Shown here in pieces: positions 26,676-39,659 of a stretch of DNA of 64,000 nucleotides. The translations under genes were made by a program, and so were the position numbers. The stretch comes from Takakia lepidozioides (taxonomy: Eukaryota > Plantae > Bryophyta): NCBI GenBank assembly GCA_030704615.1, contig CM060732.1:18786001-18850000 (forward strand), in the 5' to 3' direction. How positions within the stretch are numbered: position 1 is the stretch's first letter; every line of letters begins with the position of its first letter. The notes under the pieces are model-generated. The model was not told the origin of the DNA, did no database searches, and saw only the letters and a list, made by a program, of their open reading frames with translations.

Positions 26676-27710
26676 GGAACGCCACCTGGTTCGGATTCCG
26701 ATTCGCAGAGGGCAGACCGTGATAACTTCTCGAAGCCTCGTGTTCCCCTGTATGACAGATCCATGTCCGGAACCTCTATTCTGGAGGAACCTCCGACATA
26801 ACTGCAGGCTCCAGCATCAAACAGTGCCACTGAAATGATGCAGGAGAGAAACTACCCCCCTGATGTGCTGGAGTCTACATGCCCTGACCATGTTTGGCAC
26901 ATAGAACGCACAAGTGCAGGGTCTCGTGTGAAATGTACAGCAATTAGGGCAACTAATTTCGAAAAGTGCACTTCATCTATATCCAGAGGTGGTGCTCGGA
27001 CTCCTGCTCCGACTTTCACGGGTTTGATGCGTCCATACGGCCAACCAGAAGCCAAGAACCACAAGTTCTGGTTCTGCGCAGACGATTGTGGTAGATATGT
27101 GCATGGAACTGTGCGTCCTTCCGTGGTGATGAAGCCAGCTCCTCCAACCGTTTGGCCCGTCAAGGTGGGAACACATCTCACGAGTCAGGAGATTGCAATG
27201 TTGGAGGAGGCAGGATTTTCCCTTGCGAGACAACCCCAACTGCATGCATGTGCTTCTACTTCTACATCTTCTCGGGTCCCTCCGGCAAATCCTCACTTGT
27301 GGCCAACCAAACGAGATGGAAAGTTGGTTCGGCGTTTCCCTCCAACTGCTGAACACTTCGGCAAAGTGGAGTCCGCAAGAATGCTCCAAGCTCGTGTTGC
27401 AAGCACCACGGAAGTGCCCGATCCAGGATATGGTTGGGTGTACACAATGATCACTTCGACATTTGCTGTTCATGACAGGGCCTACGACATCACGGTTTCC
27501 AATTTCCCCAATTGCACTTGTTCTGACTTTGTGAATATGCTATCAACCAGTTTGGGCAAGAGAGGTAAATTCATACCCTGCAAACATTTGTATTTCATAT
27601 TTTTGAAGATGATGGTTTGCGATCCCAAACGTGACAACTTCGTTCACCAGGCCACTCTGAGTTTCAATGAGGTCGATACTCTATTACAGCAGGATACAAC
27701 ACATGGGTAG
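26676..27710 (+). pseudogene. C-terminal (SWIM) fragment of a paralogous MULE transposase
   Basis: GTPPGSDSDSQRADRDNFS, WHIERT, PAPTFTG, FWFCADD, VWPVKVGT and CTCSDF..PCKHLYFIF are collinear with 28400-29432. Confidence 0.85.
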
Positions 27711-29739
27711 CATCTGCTATGCAATGTGGTATGTGGACGACCATGCTATGAAATGTGCAATTTGCAACATTGTCATGGAAATTCAATTCAAATCAATTCG
27801 TTTGCAACATCGTCGGCGGTGCAATGATATGGCGTCCCTTATCCCTCCATTATGCTTTCAATTATACTGAGTGAGCTCTGAGTGGCAACTTTTAAAAGCA
27901 AATGCATCATGGCACCTTTCGAAGTCTACATGTTTTCATGTTGCTATGCATTGCAATCATCTTTTGAAGATGATCCTAACTCTCATTGTTATTTGGGGAG
28001 GGAGCAAGGTCTTCCCGTGGCAGCCTCTATGGCACATACTTTGTGAGGATATTTTCTCGTCTTTGTAATTGTAAAAGTGAAACAAACATTTGTAATTGCA
28101 CAATGTTGGATGCTACAATTGTAGGCCCCATGGTAGTCTTCATTGTATTCAGGCAAGGATTCCCTGCATTAATCCCACGGTCATAGGACCATCCTCGGTT
28201 ATAGGCGGCGCATGTTCATGCTGACGTGGCAGATGACGACGCAGTGTCACATCAGCATTTGTCGCCATATCAGCCTGCTGACATCACGCTCATGCCACAT
28301 CAGCGTGGGTGCACTCTCACGCCACGTCACTCTTGTGTGAGCATACGCTCGCGCGCTCACGCCATTGCGTCGTTGGGCAATGAACAGATGCACAATGGGC
28401 TCGCCTCTCCAATCAAGGGAGCCCCATCTGGAAGGAGAGGAAAGGTTTGGGACTTGCAAACGCAAGCTAAATACACCTCCAGGATCAGATGGGGATTCAC
28501 ATCGCCATGACATAGACAACTTCTCTGTACCCACTGTCTCTACCTGCAACCCCTGTAATTGCGGGTTTCCAGCAGGACCACGGGGGGGCAGTGCAAGAAT
28601 CACCTTGTGCTGACTCCGAATGGAACATCGAGCGAACTACTCCAAGGTCTAGAGTTGGCTGCGCTGCAGTGAGGGCCATTAGTTATGAAAAGTGTAAGTC
28701 CAAGATAGCCAAAGGCTCAGCGGGTACTCCAGCTCCGACGTTCACATGTTTGATTCGGCCATACATGTCAAAGGAGTCGAAGACACATAAATTATGGTTC
28801 TGCCCGGACGATATGGCTCGCTGTGTGAATGGTACCGTCCGCGACTCCTGCATTGCTAAGCCTCCCCCACCCACCATTTGGCCAGTGCGGCTGGGAACCT
28901 CCCTAACAGCACTGGAGATTGGCAAGTTGGAGGACGCTGACTTTCGTCTGCACCGATCTGTGGCGTCGACTTTTGGTGGCCTTGCTGCTATGGTGCCTCC
29001 TCCAGACGATACTTCGCGCATCCCACAAGAAGGAATGGCAAAACAGTACATCGGGTGGCTTCAGGGCCTGATCACGATGCGAAGGTGGAATCGGCCAGAC
29101 TACTTCAGGCTCGGGTAACAGGAACTATGGAAGTACCTTCACCTGGGTATGGACAGGTTTATACTTTGGTCTCATCTGGGTCTGTTTTGCACGACAGGGC
29201 CTATCAGGTGACGGTGGGAAATTTTTCGGGGTGTACCTGTCCCGACTTCGTGTGCATGCGTGAGGAAGCTCTAGGAAAGAGAGGGAAATGGGTTCCCTGC
29301 AAGCATCTTTACTACATCTTTTTGTGCAGGATGTATTGTGATCCCAAAAGAGACCAAATCATTCACCAGGCGACACTAGGTCCTGGTGAGGTACGGACAC
29401 TTTTGCAGCGAGACATTGGCAATATCGAGTAGTGTTGCATATGTTGCGATTTTTCGCAATGTCGGAAAGGGTTGCCTTGTTGGTAGAACATGTATACACA
29501 GTTCTTAAATCTGGACAAGCAGACGATGTATCGTTATGAAAGGTAGTTTATTTTTTCATCGGGTTTGGTTAACGAGCCTCTAAAATTGAATGCGTCAACG
29601 CACACCACTTCTGCCCCCAACCCCCAATATTGCCCCGGGCAAAAACAAAATTAAAATTAAAATTAAAAAATGTCTTTTTTTTTCGCGGGCCTGCCAAACA
29701 TGGACAAGTGTCAGTATGAAAGCTCATTTTATTTTTTCA

Positions 29740-31200
29740 CGGCCTCTACAGAAGCATTGCGTAAATGAGCTTCATGATGACATCTGTTTTTTTTTCCACT
29801 TCTTCTTGAATAACAGGCACCTGAACAAGTTTCACAATGACAGCTCATTTGTTTTCCATGTCCTCTATACAAACAAACCCTAAATAAGCATTCATGATGA
29901 CCATATGATTTTTTTTCCACCTCTTCTTCAATAACAGAAACTTGAAGAAGTTTGACAATGATAGAGCTCAAGTTTTTTTTTCACCTCTTCTTCACAAACA
30001 ATCCCTAATTTATTCATGATGACCATCTGATTTTTTTCTCACCTCTTTTTCATCAACAGAAACCTGAACAAGATTGACAATGATAGAGCTCAATTTTTTT
30101 CACCTCTTCTTCACAAACAAACCCTAAATAAGCATTCATGATGACCATCTGGTTTTTTTTCACCTCTTCTTCAATAACAGAAACCTAAAGAAGTTTGACA
30201 ATGGTAGAGCTCAAGTTTTTTTTTTCACCTCTTCTACGCAAACAATCCCTAATTTATTCCCTAAATAAGCATTCATGATGACCATCTAGTTTTTTTTTCA
30301 CCTCTTCTTCAATAACAGAAACCTGAAGAAGTTTGACAATGATAGAGCTCAACTTTTTTTTCACCTCTTCTTCACAAACAAACCCTAAATAAGCATTCAT
30401 GATGACCATCTAATATTTTCTTCACCTCTTCTTCAATAACAGAAACCTTAACAAGTTTGAGAATGAGAGCTAAATTTTTTCACCTCTTCTTCACAAACAA
30501 ACCCTAAATAAACATTCATAATGACCATCTGATTTCGTTTTTAACCTCTTCTTCAATAACAGAAACCTAAACAAGTTTGACAATGATAGAGCTTAAATTT
30601 TTTTTTCACCTCTTCTTCACAAACAAACCCTATATAAGCATTCATGATGACCATCTGATTTTTTTTTCACCTCTTCTTCAATAACAGAATCCTAAACCAG
30701 TTTCACAAGGATAGCTCAATGTTTTTTCTTACCTCTTCTTCACAAAGACACCCTAAATAAGCAATCACAATGACCATGTGTTTTTTTTTCACCTCATCTT
30801 CAATAACACAAACCTGAACAAGTTCCACAATAAACCGCTCATTTTGTTACACATCTTCTTCACAAACAAAGCCTAAATAAGCTTGAAGATGGTCATCTGT
30901 TAAATTTTCACCTCATCTACATTAATAAAAACCATTGTCTGTTTCACAATGAGTGCTCATATTTTAGGGCCCATTCTCATTATTTTAAACCTCTCCTTCA
31001 ATATTTCATCCATCCATCATCCATCCACCATGGATGAAATACTGGAAACGTCAGATAGCTTGACAATGAGCATCCAAACTTTTCTTGCCTCTTGTTCATG
31101 CAAGAATCCCTAAGTAAGATTCATGATAACTCACCCACCCTTTTTTTTCACCTCTTCTTCAATAAGAAAACCTCAATAAGTTTCACAATGACCATTCCAT
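29740..31200. repeat. Subterminal tandem repeat, ~118-bp dimeric unit, about 10-12 copies
   Basis: Two alternating subunits both start TTCACCTCTTCTTCA (..ATAACAGAAACCTGAAGAAGTTTGACAATGATAGAGCTCAA / ..CAAACAAACCCTAAATAAGCATTCATGATGACCATCTG). The units degrade toward both edges. Confidence 0.92.
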
Positions 31201-31390
31201 TCTTTCTATACCTCTTTTTTTAAGCGCTATAACTGCTTCCACGACAATAGGACCCTCTCTAAACAGAGGACTCGGGTATGGGGCGTGCTTCTTCCTCCAC
31301 TAAACCCCTGGGCTCACGCTTAGAGGGCAAAGCGTGAGCAGCCGAACTCCCGGGCTCACGCGGCTAGGCTCATGCCGTAGCTGCACTCCT

Positions 31391-34300
31391 ATAAACGGCA
31401 AGGGAAAATGATCCTTGTGCGTTACCTTGTTAAGGGGGCGGAAGTCCACGCATACCCTTAATTCTCCGTTCTTGGGCACCCCTTTCAACTCGGTGTAGGA
31501 CCACGCGAAGATGTCTCTGAATTCCTTGAACAAGGCCTGGTACTATGCCGCCTATTCTACTGTCAAATGGGATCCAACCTTCACCATCTTGGGTGATTCT
31601 CCTCCCACCGCCATATCGACCAATTGCGTTGTTGGCTCGGCTGTGAAGGTTGATCCTGGTTCAAACCTTGATCCGTTTGACCCTTGTTGTAAATATGGAA
31701 TGTAGGGGGCACTATGTTTCATCACATCCCTTTCTAGGTCGGCCTCCTCTACAATTCTCATTTCATGATCTCGCCATTCTCCTCCTGAGGAATCTCTGGT
31801 TCCTACAGACCAACGGGTTTGGCGGATATCGAGAAGAGCTCGGTCAGTGACTCGAACTCTGGAAGTGCCTCGGTTGATACCGAGTGTACCATCACCTCCT
31901 TGCCTTGGTTTTCCCCGAATAACCAGGCGATGCAGTCTGCATCAGACTCGCATTCATATAAACCCGGACCTAGGGACTTGACGGCATCCTCTAGTCCTAC
32001 CTTCCTTCGCTCAACCTCCCTACGAGGCGCGGTGCTAGTTGCTAATACTCGGTGGACATGTGACATTGGATGGATCTCTCTATCTGTCCACCAGTCCTCC
32101 TCACTCAAGTCTGCAGATTCCTCTTCAGAACCAATCATGTTGAGCTCATCCTCATCTGTTTCGTGGTGAGGTGCTCCCGAAAGAAAAGCGACTGTAGTCG
32201 TGTAAGGTTTTATCCCATAAGTGATGGTACCTGCCCCCAGTCCGTTCGAGCTCGGGACTGGACCAACCATGGCCTTCCTAGTAGGAGTGCGTAGGAATAC
32301 TCATCAATGGGGAAATCTATGATTTGGAAGTCTACCGCGTACGTGTAGCCTCCGGTCTTTAGCCGAACATTCGCTAAGTGACCCACTGGTCTGATCTTTC
32401 GTTGGTCAGCCAGTCTGATAGTTAATATAGACTCCCCTGTCATGTTCAATCCTAACTTTGACAAGGTGGAGAGTGGCATGATGTTGACTGAGCTCCCATC
32501 ATCCACTAAACAACGTTGTATCAGATGGTCTACAATCTCCACTTCTATTTCTACTGGGCCCGGATCGACATGGGCGTTAATGTGGTGGGTCTGAGCAAAA
32601 GTACCTACTCGCTTCCTCACCAAGGATGCCTTGAGAGCATGTCGGAGTGTTGGTGCCAATGCTATGAGTTGGGCAAATGTAATGTTTGCCTAAATGTGGC
32701 GCAAGTCTTCCATTAGATTATACGGCTCCAACTCATCGGTGAAGCGCATAGTGGAGTGTGTTCTCCTTTTGGGAAGCTTCGCTGGTGCTACTGGTCGATT
32801 GGCCGGACTCTTTGTTCTGGATGTCAAAAGTGGCCGAGAAATGGTTGACCGGACTGCCGGAGATTCGGTCTCTGCAAATGCTACCTCCTTCTCCTTGGGA
32901 TGGGTATCCTCTTCCTCCCCGAGTACAGTTTCCGCCACCTTCCGTGTGTCTGACTTCATGACTTTAAAGTTCAGATCTTCCTATTCTGATGCCGATGTGG
33001 TTGACTCCGACGCCACATACCCAGGGCCTTTTCCTAGCATATCTCGTTGCTGTCGGGTCATTACTGCATAGCTACCTTCCTCTGGGTTAGCCTACGTAGT
33101 TTGAGTGGCGCCGAGCTCACTGGAAATCCAATTGATTTGGTGTTGCGTCTCCTGTTGACGGGACGACTGGCCGGGATGCATACTGGCCTGCTGCTGGGAT
33201 GGCGCTGAAGTAGATGCTTGCTGCCCTCCCTGCACCCTTACATCCTGAGGGGGAGACCACGTATTAGAAGAACCCTGGGCTATCTGAGCCGTAGGATTTG
33301 AATAGGCTGCTCGGGAATTCTGTCCCATAGCTGCATTGCCCCCAAAATATGATGGGTCTGCCTGATCTGTTCTAGGCCGCTGCGCTATCTGCGTTGGAGT
33401 AGCAAAATACATGCTATGTTGTTGTGGTAGAGGGTTGGGTGGTTTAGTGGTATACTGATCCGGGAAGGTGCTCGCCGCCCTTCCAAATTCCTCTCTACTT
33501 GTTGAATGGTGGCCGGCGTAGGCTGGTCCACTTGTCTATGAGGACATTTGTCCAAGGGGTGACCTCGTTGGCCACAGTGCAAACACACAATGTCACTCCA
33601 ACAATTTTCAGTTGGGTGAGTGGTTCTTCCGCACTTTTGACATCCTCTACGGGATTGATTGAATTGTCTTTTTGGTTTATCTTGATAAGTTGGGTTCCGG
33701 CTTATCTGCCTTTCCCGAATGGGATAAGGACAATGTTGAGACGCATGTCCCGAATTGTTGCAATTGGAACACCATACCTTGGCCGGGTTGGGGCCGGACT
33801 CTCCAACTAGGGCCGCATCTCGGTACCCCACATAGCTGGTAATCTGCTGACCGATTGAGCTCATGCAGTCGCCCATTGTTTCAATTGTCTTGATGAGAGA
33901 AGTGACTTGTGCCTCTAGATGGCCCACTCGCGAATCGGATTGTCCGCTTGAATCTGCCTGTGAGTTGGTAAGAACAACATTTGTGTATTGCGGCACCGTT
34001 GGCGCTATTACGGGTGTCGGGGATGTTGCTGGGGCATAGGGTCTCACTCCTCCTACATAAGATGGCGTGTAATGCAGCGCGGGCTGGATTACCGCTAATG
34101 GTGTTGGCTCCTGCGCGGGTTCGATTGAAATATACGATGGTAGAGCAAAGTCGGGCATCTTAGCTCGTTGTACTTGGCGATGCATGTTGTCAAATTCCTT
34201 GCCCACTTGTATGGCATCTACCAAAGTTGCAGGTCTTTGCTGCAAAACATGAAAGTGAGTGGCCTCTCGTAATCCACTCAAAAAACAATCTTTGAGTACC

Positions 34301-36670
34301 CCATCATCTAGGGGGGTCAAAGGGTTTTGGAGTCGCATTAGCTCCCTGAATCGCATTTCGAAGTTTGCTACCTCCTCTGTGGGGCCTTGGCGAATCCTTG
34401 CCAATGCCATCAAGACACTGATGAACTAGTGGACTGCCCGAAAATGATCTACAAATGCGTCCCGAATCTGCTGCCAAGTAATAAATATACCTGGAGCCTG
34501 TTGCCAATACCAAGTAGATGCTCTTCCCCTCATGGTTGTGGGAAACCATATCAGCCAATAGGCATCATTTAATGCTTGGTTAGAGTAGCAACATTGAATG
34601 AATTTTCATGTGCTTCCCCGGAGAACCAAGGCAGATGCCTGGGCAGCGTGAGCGGGGGTAAACCTGTTGGAACCACAATGGGTACCTCAGGAGGTCCTGG
34701 AATATGTGCCATGATTGACACTAATGACGGCGAGGGCCTCCTTGACCTGGCCGGTGGGGTATAAGGGGGACTAGATATAGGGGAAACCACTCGTGAACAC
34801 TCGATGTCCGAAGAACTTTCAGTGTTCTCTCCTTCCCACTCTATCTTTCCCAAACTTCTAGTTTCTGAGTCTGACTCTGGACTCAAGGCTGGGTTTTTCC
34901 CTAGCAACTGATCACGAACGGCTTCTCTAGCCAGTCTTCTCTGTAACCTGGTATCAAACGATATGCTATCCAGGCTTGGGAGTATGTCTCTCGATCCTGA
35001 GCTAGACATACACTCACTATTGTACCGACAAGGATTCTCCTGCCTCAGTCTGTACTGAAGGACCTATATTTCCTTGAACTACCATGTCAAGAATAAACGA
35101 GGTCAAATCTGCATACCTTCCATGAAACCGCAGCGATGGAGGCACGTCGGTGTGCAATCTTCCAGGTATCTTCCAATCTTCAGGTGGTCGAGGTATGATG
35201 CAATACCTACACTCATCCAGTCTACGCACATAATGGGATGCCAAGAGCTGGCATACATGACAATGAGTGAAGAAATCTACCTGCCACCTTAAATGCGCTG
35301 TGAAGGAAGACCTGGGGTGCAAGGCCCCTAGGTATATCCCCGGGCATGAACAATATGGCCAGTTAAGCCTGTCGTTACACCAGTAGAAATGCTCCGGTGT
35401 GTCTGTTGACGAGGGTCGTTCACACCAAACCCGTTCGTCTATTCCCCTTTTCTTGATGGCTTTCCGTTGAGCTAAGAGATCGATGTACGCTTCTATTATA
35501 AGTTGAATTTCTGGTTCATGTTGCCAGAATCTGCTTCGAATCCTCTTGATCCTAGCCTCAAAAGTCATACCCACTTTAGAAGTTCATGCGGAAATTTCTT
35601 ATCACTCCAAAGCATGATGTGGATGACGTTTTAGATTTCAACCATTGCATTGATTGTGTCAATTGGCAAACATTGTCAACTGAAATGGAAAGCATAAATG
35701 CACTGTGGGGTCTTCCCCGATTGTTGGAGGCAGCTTTACCTATTCTACTACTGGCAAGTCCTCGTCTATTCCCATAGGTGACCCTGGCGCTGAGGTCCAA
35801 GGAGAGCTGCTAACGGAAGAAATAGCATGCACTATCTTTAAGGGGATGATAGGGAGGAAACTGGTGGGGGATTCCCGTGCAAAATTAAAGGGCGGTGGCC
35901 GCTCTGGGTCCGCAATGACGCCTTGAGGAGCTGCTGAAGGAGGACCTTCAATCCAAGTAATATCATGTATGGTCGGCGCCACGTCCAATCGGCCATCAGT
36001 GATTAATTCAATGATCAATGCTGCTGCACTTTCACTGCGGCTATTGTAAAATCTGGGTGGACAGATATAGGTGATGGTAGTGTTCGGGTGAGGCAGGCGT
36101 TCCTCTACCTCCAGATAGTCTTCTAATCCACACCCAAACAACCAACACATCCAATCAAAAGGAAGGTCAATAAAACTCTTCTTGGTTAGATAGGAGATAG
36201 CTTCTCCAGACCTCCGGATAGTGGAACGGGGACGATGAAAATCGATTCCCTCGTCAGCAATGGTTTGACGTAGAGGGCAACACCCTAAATACGCCACTTG
36301 CCAGGCGAGATGTGCTTCCAGCGAGGATTGCACGTTGAGGTTCCCTAAGAAGGGGGGTTGGCAACATCCAGGCCAACGCGTATTGAATCTGAAAAAGGAA
36401 GAGATGGGAGAGGTAAGAGCCCTGTCTACCAACGGCCCTACTTTGGCCGAAATCCAGTACCCACGGTTTTCTTCGGCGATGTCCAAGATATGTCTGCGCA
36501 TTAACCTGCAGACCACAATAGCATCTTTTGTCCGCACTTCGCCGGATCGGGTGCCTGAAATGACACGATATAGGCCCACAACGCGAGCCTCAAACGACAA
36601 GTGGAAACGATGGGCTGCCATCTGGTCGGTGATCATGCTGCACCTCCAGGATTGCCATATCGTTAGTCCT
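31391..36670 (-). mobile_element. Ty3/Gypsy retrotransposon A, 5' half (extra ORFs, gag, protease, start of RT), decayed
   Basis: gag 35009-33385 (RQGPTEEVANFEMRF, three CCHC knuckles), protease CLVDDGSSVNIM..LLGRPWL, and RT FRDIFAWSY..LRVCVDFRPLNKVTHKDHFPLPF. Same strand as, and complementary to, 19345-21419; treating the two as one element is an inference. Confidence 0.88.
35017..36636 (-). pseudogene. Extra ORF region upstream of gag with two paralogous copies of an unknown Cys/His/Trp-containing domain
   Basis: ORFs 35740-36636 and 35017-35574 are in the same frame and share FEAR, WP-x-C...LG-x-L...SS..AHL-x-WQV...C and PP..F motifs. Confidence 0.6.
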
Positions 36671-36673
36671 CAC

Positions 36674-36860
36674 AAGGATGCCTCGGCGTGAGCCTGGTCA
36701 CGTGAGCGCAACTGCGCTCACGCCACGTCACCTTGCGCCAATGCCACATCACGGGGCTCACTCCACGTCATCACACTTGAAGACCGCGTCACCACGCGCC
36801 CAGGAAGAAATGGAGTGTATTCCCGCGGATTGGCACCCTTTACCGCGGAAACAAGCTGGA
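36674..36860 (+). mobile_element. MULE-family terminal inverted repeat (left-type end)
   Basis: aaggatgcctcggcgtgagcctggtcacgtgagc..gctcacgccacgtcacc matches the element end at 24919 (gcgaatgcctccgcgtgagcctggccgcgtgagc..gctcatgccacgtcacc). Confidence 0.7.
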
Positions 36861-36974
36861 CGACATAATAAAAGGCATTGAATAAAAGATGGATGAATGT
36901 ACAGTTGGATGATAAACAGATGGATGAGTGTGAAAAATGAATGTAGATGGATGAATGAGGGATGGATAAGAGTC

Positions 36975-37235
36975 AAATGGATGAATGTATAATGGATGTT
37001 GAGCAATGACAAACATTCATGACAGGAAGATGCATGACTAAAACTTTAGACAAATGCACAACATATATGACATGAGTGTGGAAGGTTTGTGGGGTGGATT
37101 AAAGAGTACAGAGGATGAATGTACAATGGATGTTGAACAAAGGAAAACATTCATGAATGGAGCACGCATGAATACACTGTAGATGAAAGCACAATGGATA
37201 TGACAAGAGTGAGGGAGGTTTGTGAGATGGATTCA
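36975..37235. repeat. Two ~135-bp tandem copies in a GATG-rich tract
   Basis: ggatgaatgta(t/c)aatggatgttga..aacattcatga..gcatga..gcacaa..atatgaca.gagtg..aggtttgtg occurs twice. Confidence 0.7.
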
Positions 37236-37364
37236 TACATATTGCAATTTAAATGGTAGTTGATTCTTTGATTATTTTTCTTTCCAAAGGAACAACTACG
37301 GTGGATGAAGGGGATTCAACGTTTTCCAAAGAGGATGAAACAGAATAGTAAAAGAACATAGTTC

Positions 37365-39630
37365 AGTCTGACTCAGAGTCAGTACAATGTATCCCCACTT
37401 CCTCTGCATCTAAGTCTAAGTATTTAAGAACTCCGGATCTACGCTGGCTACACCTACGGCCGGGCAGTAAAAATTCAGGGGATAGGGACTCGGCCGCGTG
37501 AAGTGCCATTGCTTCGGCATAATCAGGAAGCAGAAAATTGGAAAGGGGGCTGTCGAAAACAGACTCGCCACAAATGACTGTATCTCCTGAAGATCCACCG
37601 CTGTCTTTCCTGAAAGACAGCCTGAAAAAGTTATTACTGTAACTTTGATGTTATTGAGAAATTGAGTATGACTCCCAAAGTGGGTTTAGCACTTACTCAC
37701 ATGAAAAGTCGTTGTCGACCTGCTTATCTTCGGGATCGTCATCATTTTGAATTTGAATCCGATCAGTCTATGTGCCTGAAGTGGAGCCAGACAAAAGGGG
37801 GAGGAGCACTGTGCTGTAGAGGTCAGAATCACCCTCCATGCCAAAAAGGCTTCTTCCGCCTGTCTTGCATGCATGGTAAGTTGCTCATACACCAGACAGG
37901 AGGACATGAACAATTTGGTGGGGGGGATTTAAGCAGATGGAACTGGTGAAAGAAAATCAATTTGGAAGGGAGAGAACGAACCTGTGGACACAGAAAGATC
38001 GACCACCCGTGCAGAGTAGTGGCTGCATGACTCCAGCAGTATTTGCATGAACGCTGGGGATTTTTCCTTTGCACCTCTCCAGGGAGTGCCATCTGGTCTC
38101 TTCAGAGTCTGACTGGACTGCATGAAGTTGTACAAAATGTCATCGACATGCGGCTCATAGGGGGGGTTGACGAAACAACCCTGGTCAGAAATCTCAAAGT
38201 TGCGGATGGAGGATGGTGTCTTGGAGGTGCGAATCCTCCGCAGGCAGATCGCCTCGAACATCCTCGTCTGCCAAAGATAGCAGGTTAGTGTGGTAAACAC
38301 AATCTATAGTGGAAGTGTGTACATCGACTATTCAGACTTCAGGCACAAAACAATCATTTTTATCACGAATCGGTGATGATCGGTGTCGATCATGACAGAT
38401 TCTTCTAGAGTGGAGCTGCAGAGAACATTGAAACTCATCATGAAAGCACAAGCAGAAGGGAGACGGCATACCAGCTGACCAGGGAAACCCTCTTTCACAA
38501 GGTAGAGGCTGTTCACACAATTCCATGTGCGCAAAACTTCAAACCCTGAAGACTTGAGGTATGATGCCAATGCCCGACGACTATCTTTGTCACATGACTG
38601 AAAAAGCAGAAGTGTCCCTGCATCAGAGAGGAAATTATTACAGAACCTGAACACCCAACTCCAGTAGTTGTCCTCGAATTTGTTCCAGCCTGGCGTCTTG
38701 CCCTTTGGAAGCACTTCTGGCACAGCCTGGCCATCCGGGATGTCGAGAATGACAATGTCAGCCGCATATGTTTTCTGCACACCACACACGAAGGTGGGAC
38801 CTGTGCTCACCTGCAAAAGACATGTTTTTTTTAAGAACGATGGCAAGAATGTTTTCAAAGAACCAAACTGAAATACTGCCAATGAAACTTTCAGAGAAAA
38901 AGGAAAGAAACTGGAATTCTCACCAGATTGAGGAATGAGATTATGTTGTCCCAGGTAGGCGAAGGCACCCCAGTGTATCCTCTCTTTCGACTCTGCATCA
39001 TCGACAGCCAACCCTCATTGACAATTTAAAACTCTCCTGCCGAATCAGAACGGGAAGGGTGTGGCTTGGCATCGAACACGCACTGAACTGTGCGGGTATA
39101 TCTTCCAGCAGTGAAGTCCTGCCCACTCTCCATCTCCTTTTCTTTCTCCTTCCCCTTGTCATTTTCCTTCTCTTTGGACTTGTCTTTGTCCTTTGGCTTT
39201 GCTGGTGAGATGGCTATGACATCAAGAGCCTTGTCTTTTGGTTTGCGGCCCGCCTTCTTTCCCTTCTGCGGCGTTCCTTGAGCATCAAGCTCCTTGCCAG
39301 CCAATGTTGCTATGTTTCTTTGGTACTCTTCGTCAGTCAGAGGCGCCAGCATCTCAGCATTATTGTTCAAATATTTCATATGCTGTTCTTGAAAGGTCGT
39401 GTGCTCCGGTGGGCAGTCAAGGTACCAGCCACAGTCTCTGAAGTGAGAAGGACTCCAGTCCTTCAATATCCCTGCAGTATACATGGTTGGATCGTTTGCA
39501 GGGTCCGACCACATGTCAAGATAGTCTGGAATACCGCTCAGGTGATTTCCTTCCATAAGCACATATTTCGTGTACATGTTAAACAAGAGATAAATCCCAA
39601 CCCACCAAAGCGCGAAGTGAGTAAGATGCA
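37365..39630 (-). pseudogene. Intron-containing beta-class amino (N6A/N4C) DNA methyltransferase-like gene, 3' half
   Basis: Predicted exons ~39625-38924, 38810-38472, 38267-37982, 37886-~37701 and a last exon to ~37365. Motifs occur in beta order: ADIVILDIPDG (DPPY-like motif IV), FLSDAGTLLLF, PWRGAKEKSPAFMQILLESCS, RVVDLSVSTG|ATYHACKTGGRSLFGMEGDSDLY (motif I and SAM-binding strand). Two acceptors read AT instead of AG, and there are in-frame stops. Confidence 0.8.
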
Positions 39631-39659
39631 AGTAGCACAGAATGAAAAAAACATAGAAT

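Larger units (their letters stand above)
24919..28375 (+). mobile_element. Non-autonomous MULE deletion derivative (~3.5 kb) inserted in the transposase gene
   Basis: Degenerate 9-bp TSD GGCGGTGAA (24910-24918) / GGCAATGAA (28376-28384). Imperfect ~190-bp TIRs share GCGTGAGC, GCCACGTCA and CCTATGACCG motifs. It carries a palindrome array and a transposase 3' fragment. Confidence 0.8.
22508..29432 (+). pseudogene. MULE transposase (GCM/WRKY-like Zn domain, DDE domain, C-terminal SWIM), interrupted by a nested derivative at 24919-28375
   Basis: GCM-like: DGHPWCRTKTSN..RRSVCVGHLRC..HFGTHDH. MULE DDE with CxxH: MMFDHCKRVKGW, FMADSAQANFNTVRRVF, CLFHWTQSL. Intron ~24544-24652. SWIM: CTCPDF..PCKHLYYIF. 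The frame resumes across the nested insertion: KMAKAV|NRCTMGSPLQSREPHLEGEE. Confidence 0.85.
22060..31390 (+). mobile_element. Mutator-like (MULE) DNA transposon nested in the RT of Gypsy A; left TIR lost
   Basis: Contains the transposase pseudogene, a 3' satellite and a right TIR at 31300-31390 (same family as the 14035 MITE end). The TIR joins directly to Gypsy RT codons KDHFPLPFI. Confidence 0.78.

Noticed and set aside
24919-31390. One MULE running from the 24919 TIR to the 31390 TIR
   Set aside because: The flanks share no TSD, whereas 24919 pairs with 28375 by a 9-bp TSD that restores the reading frame.
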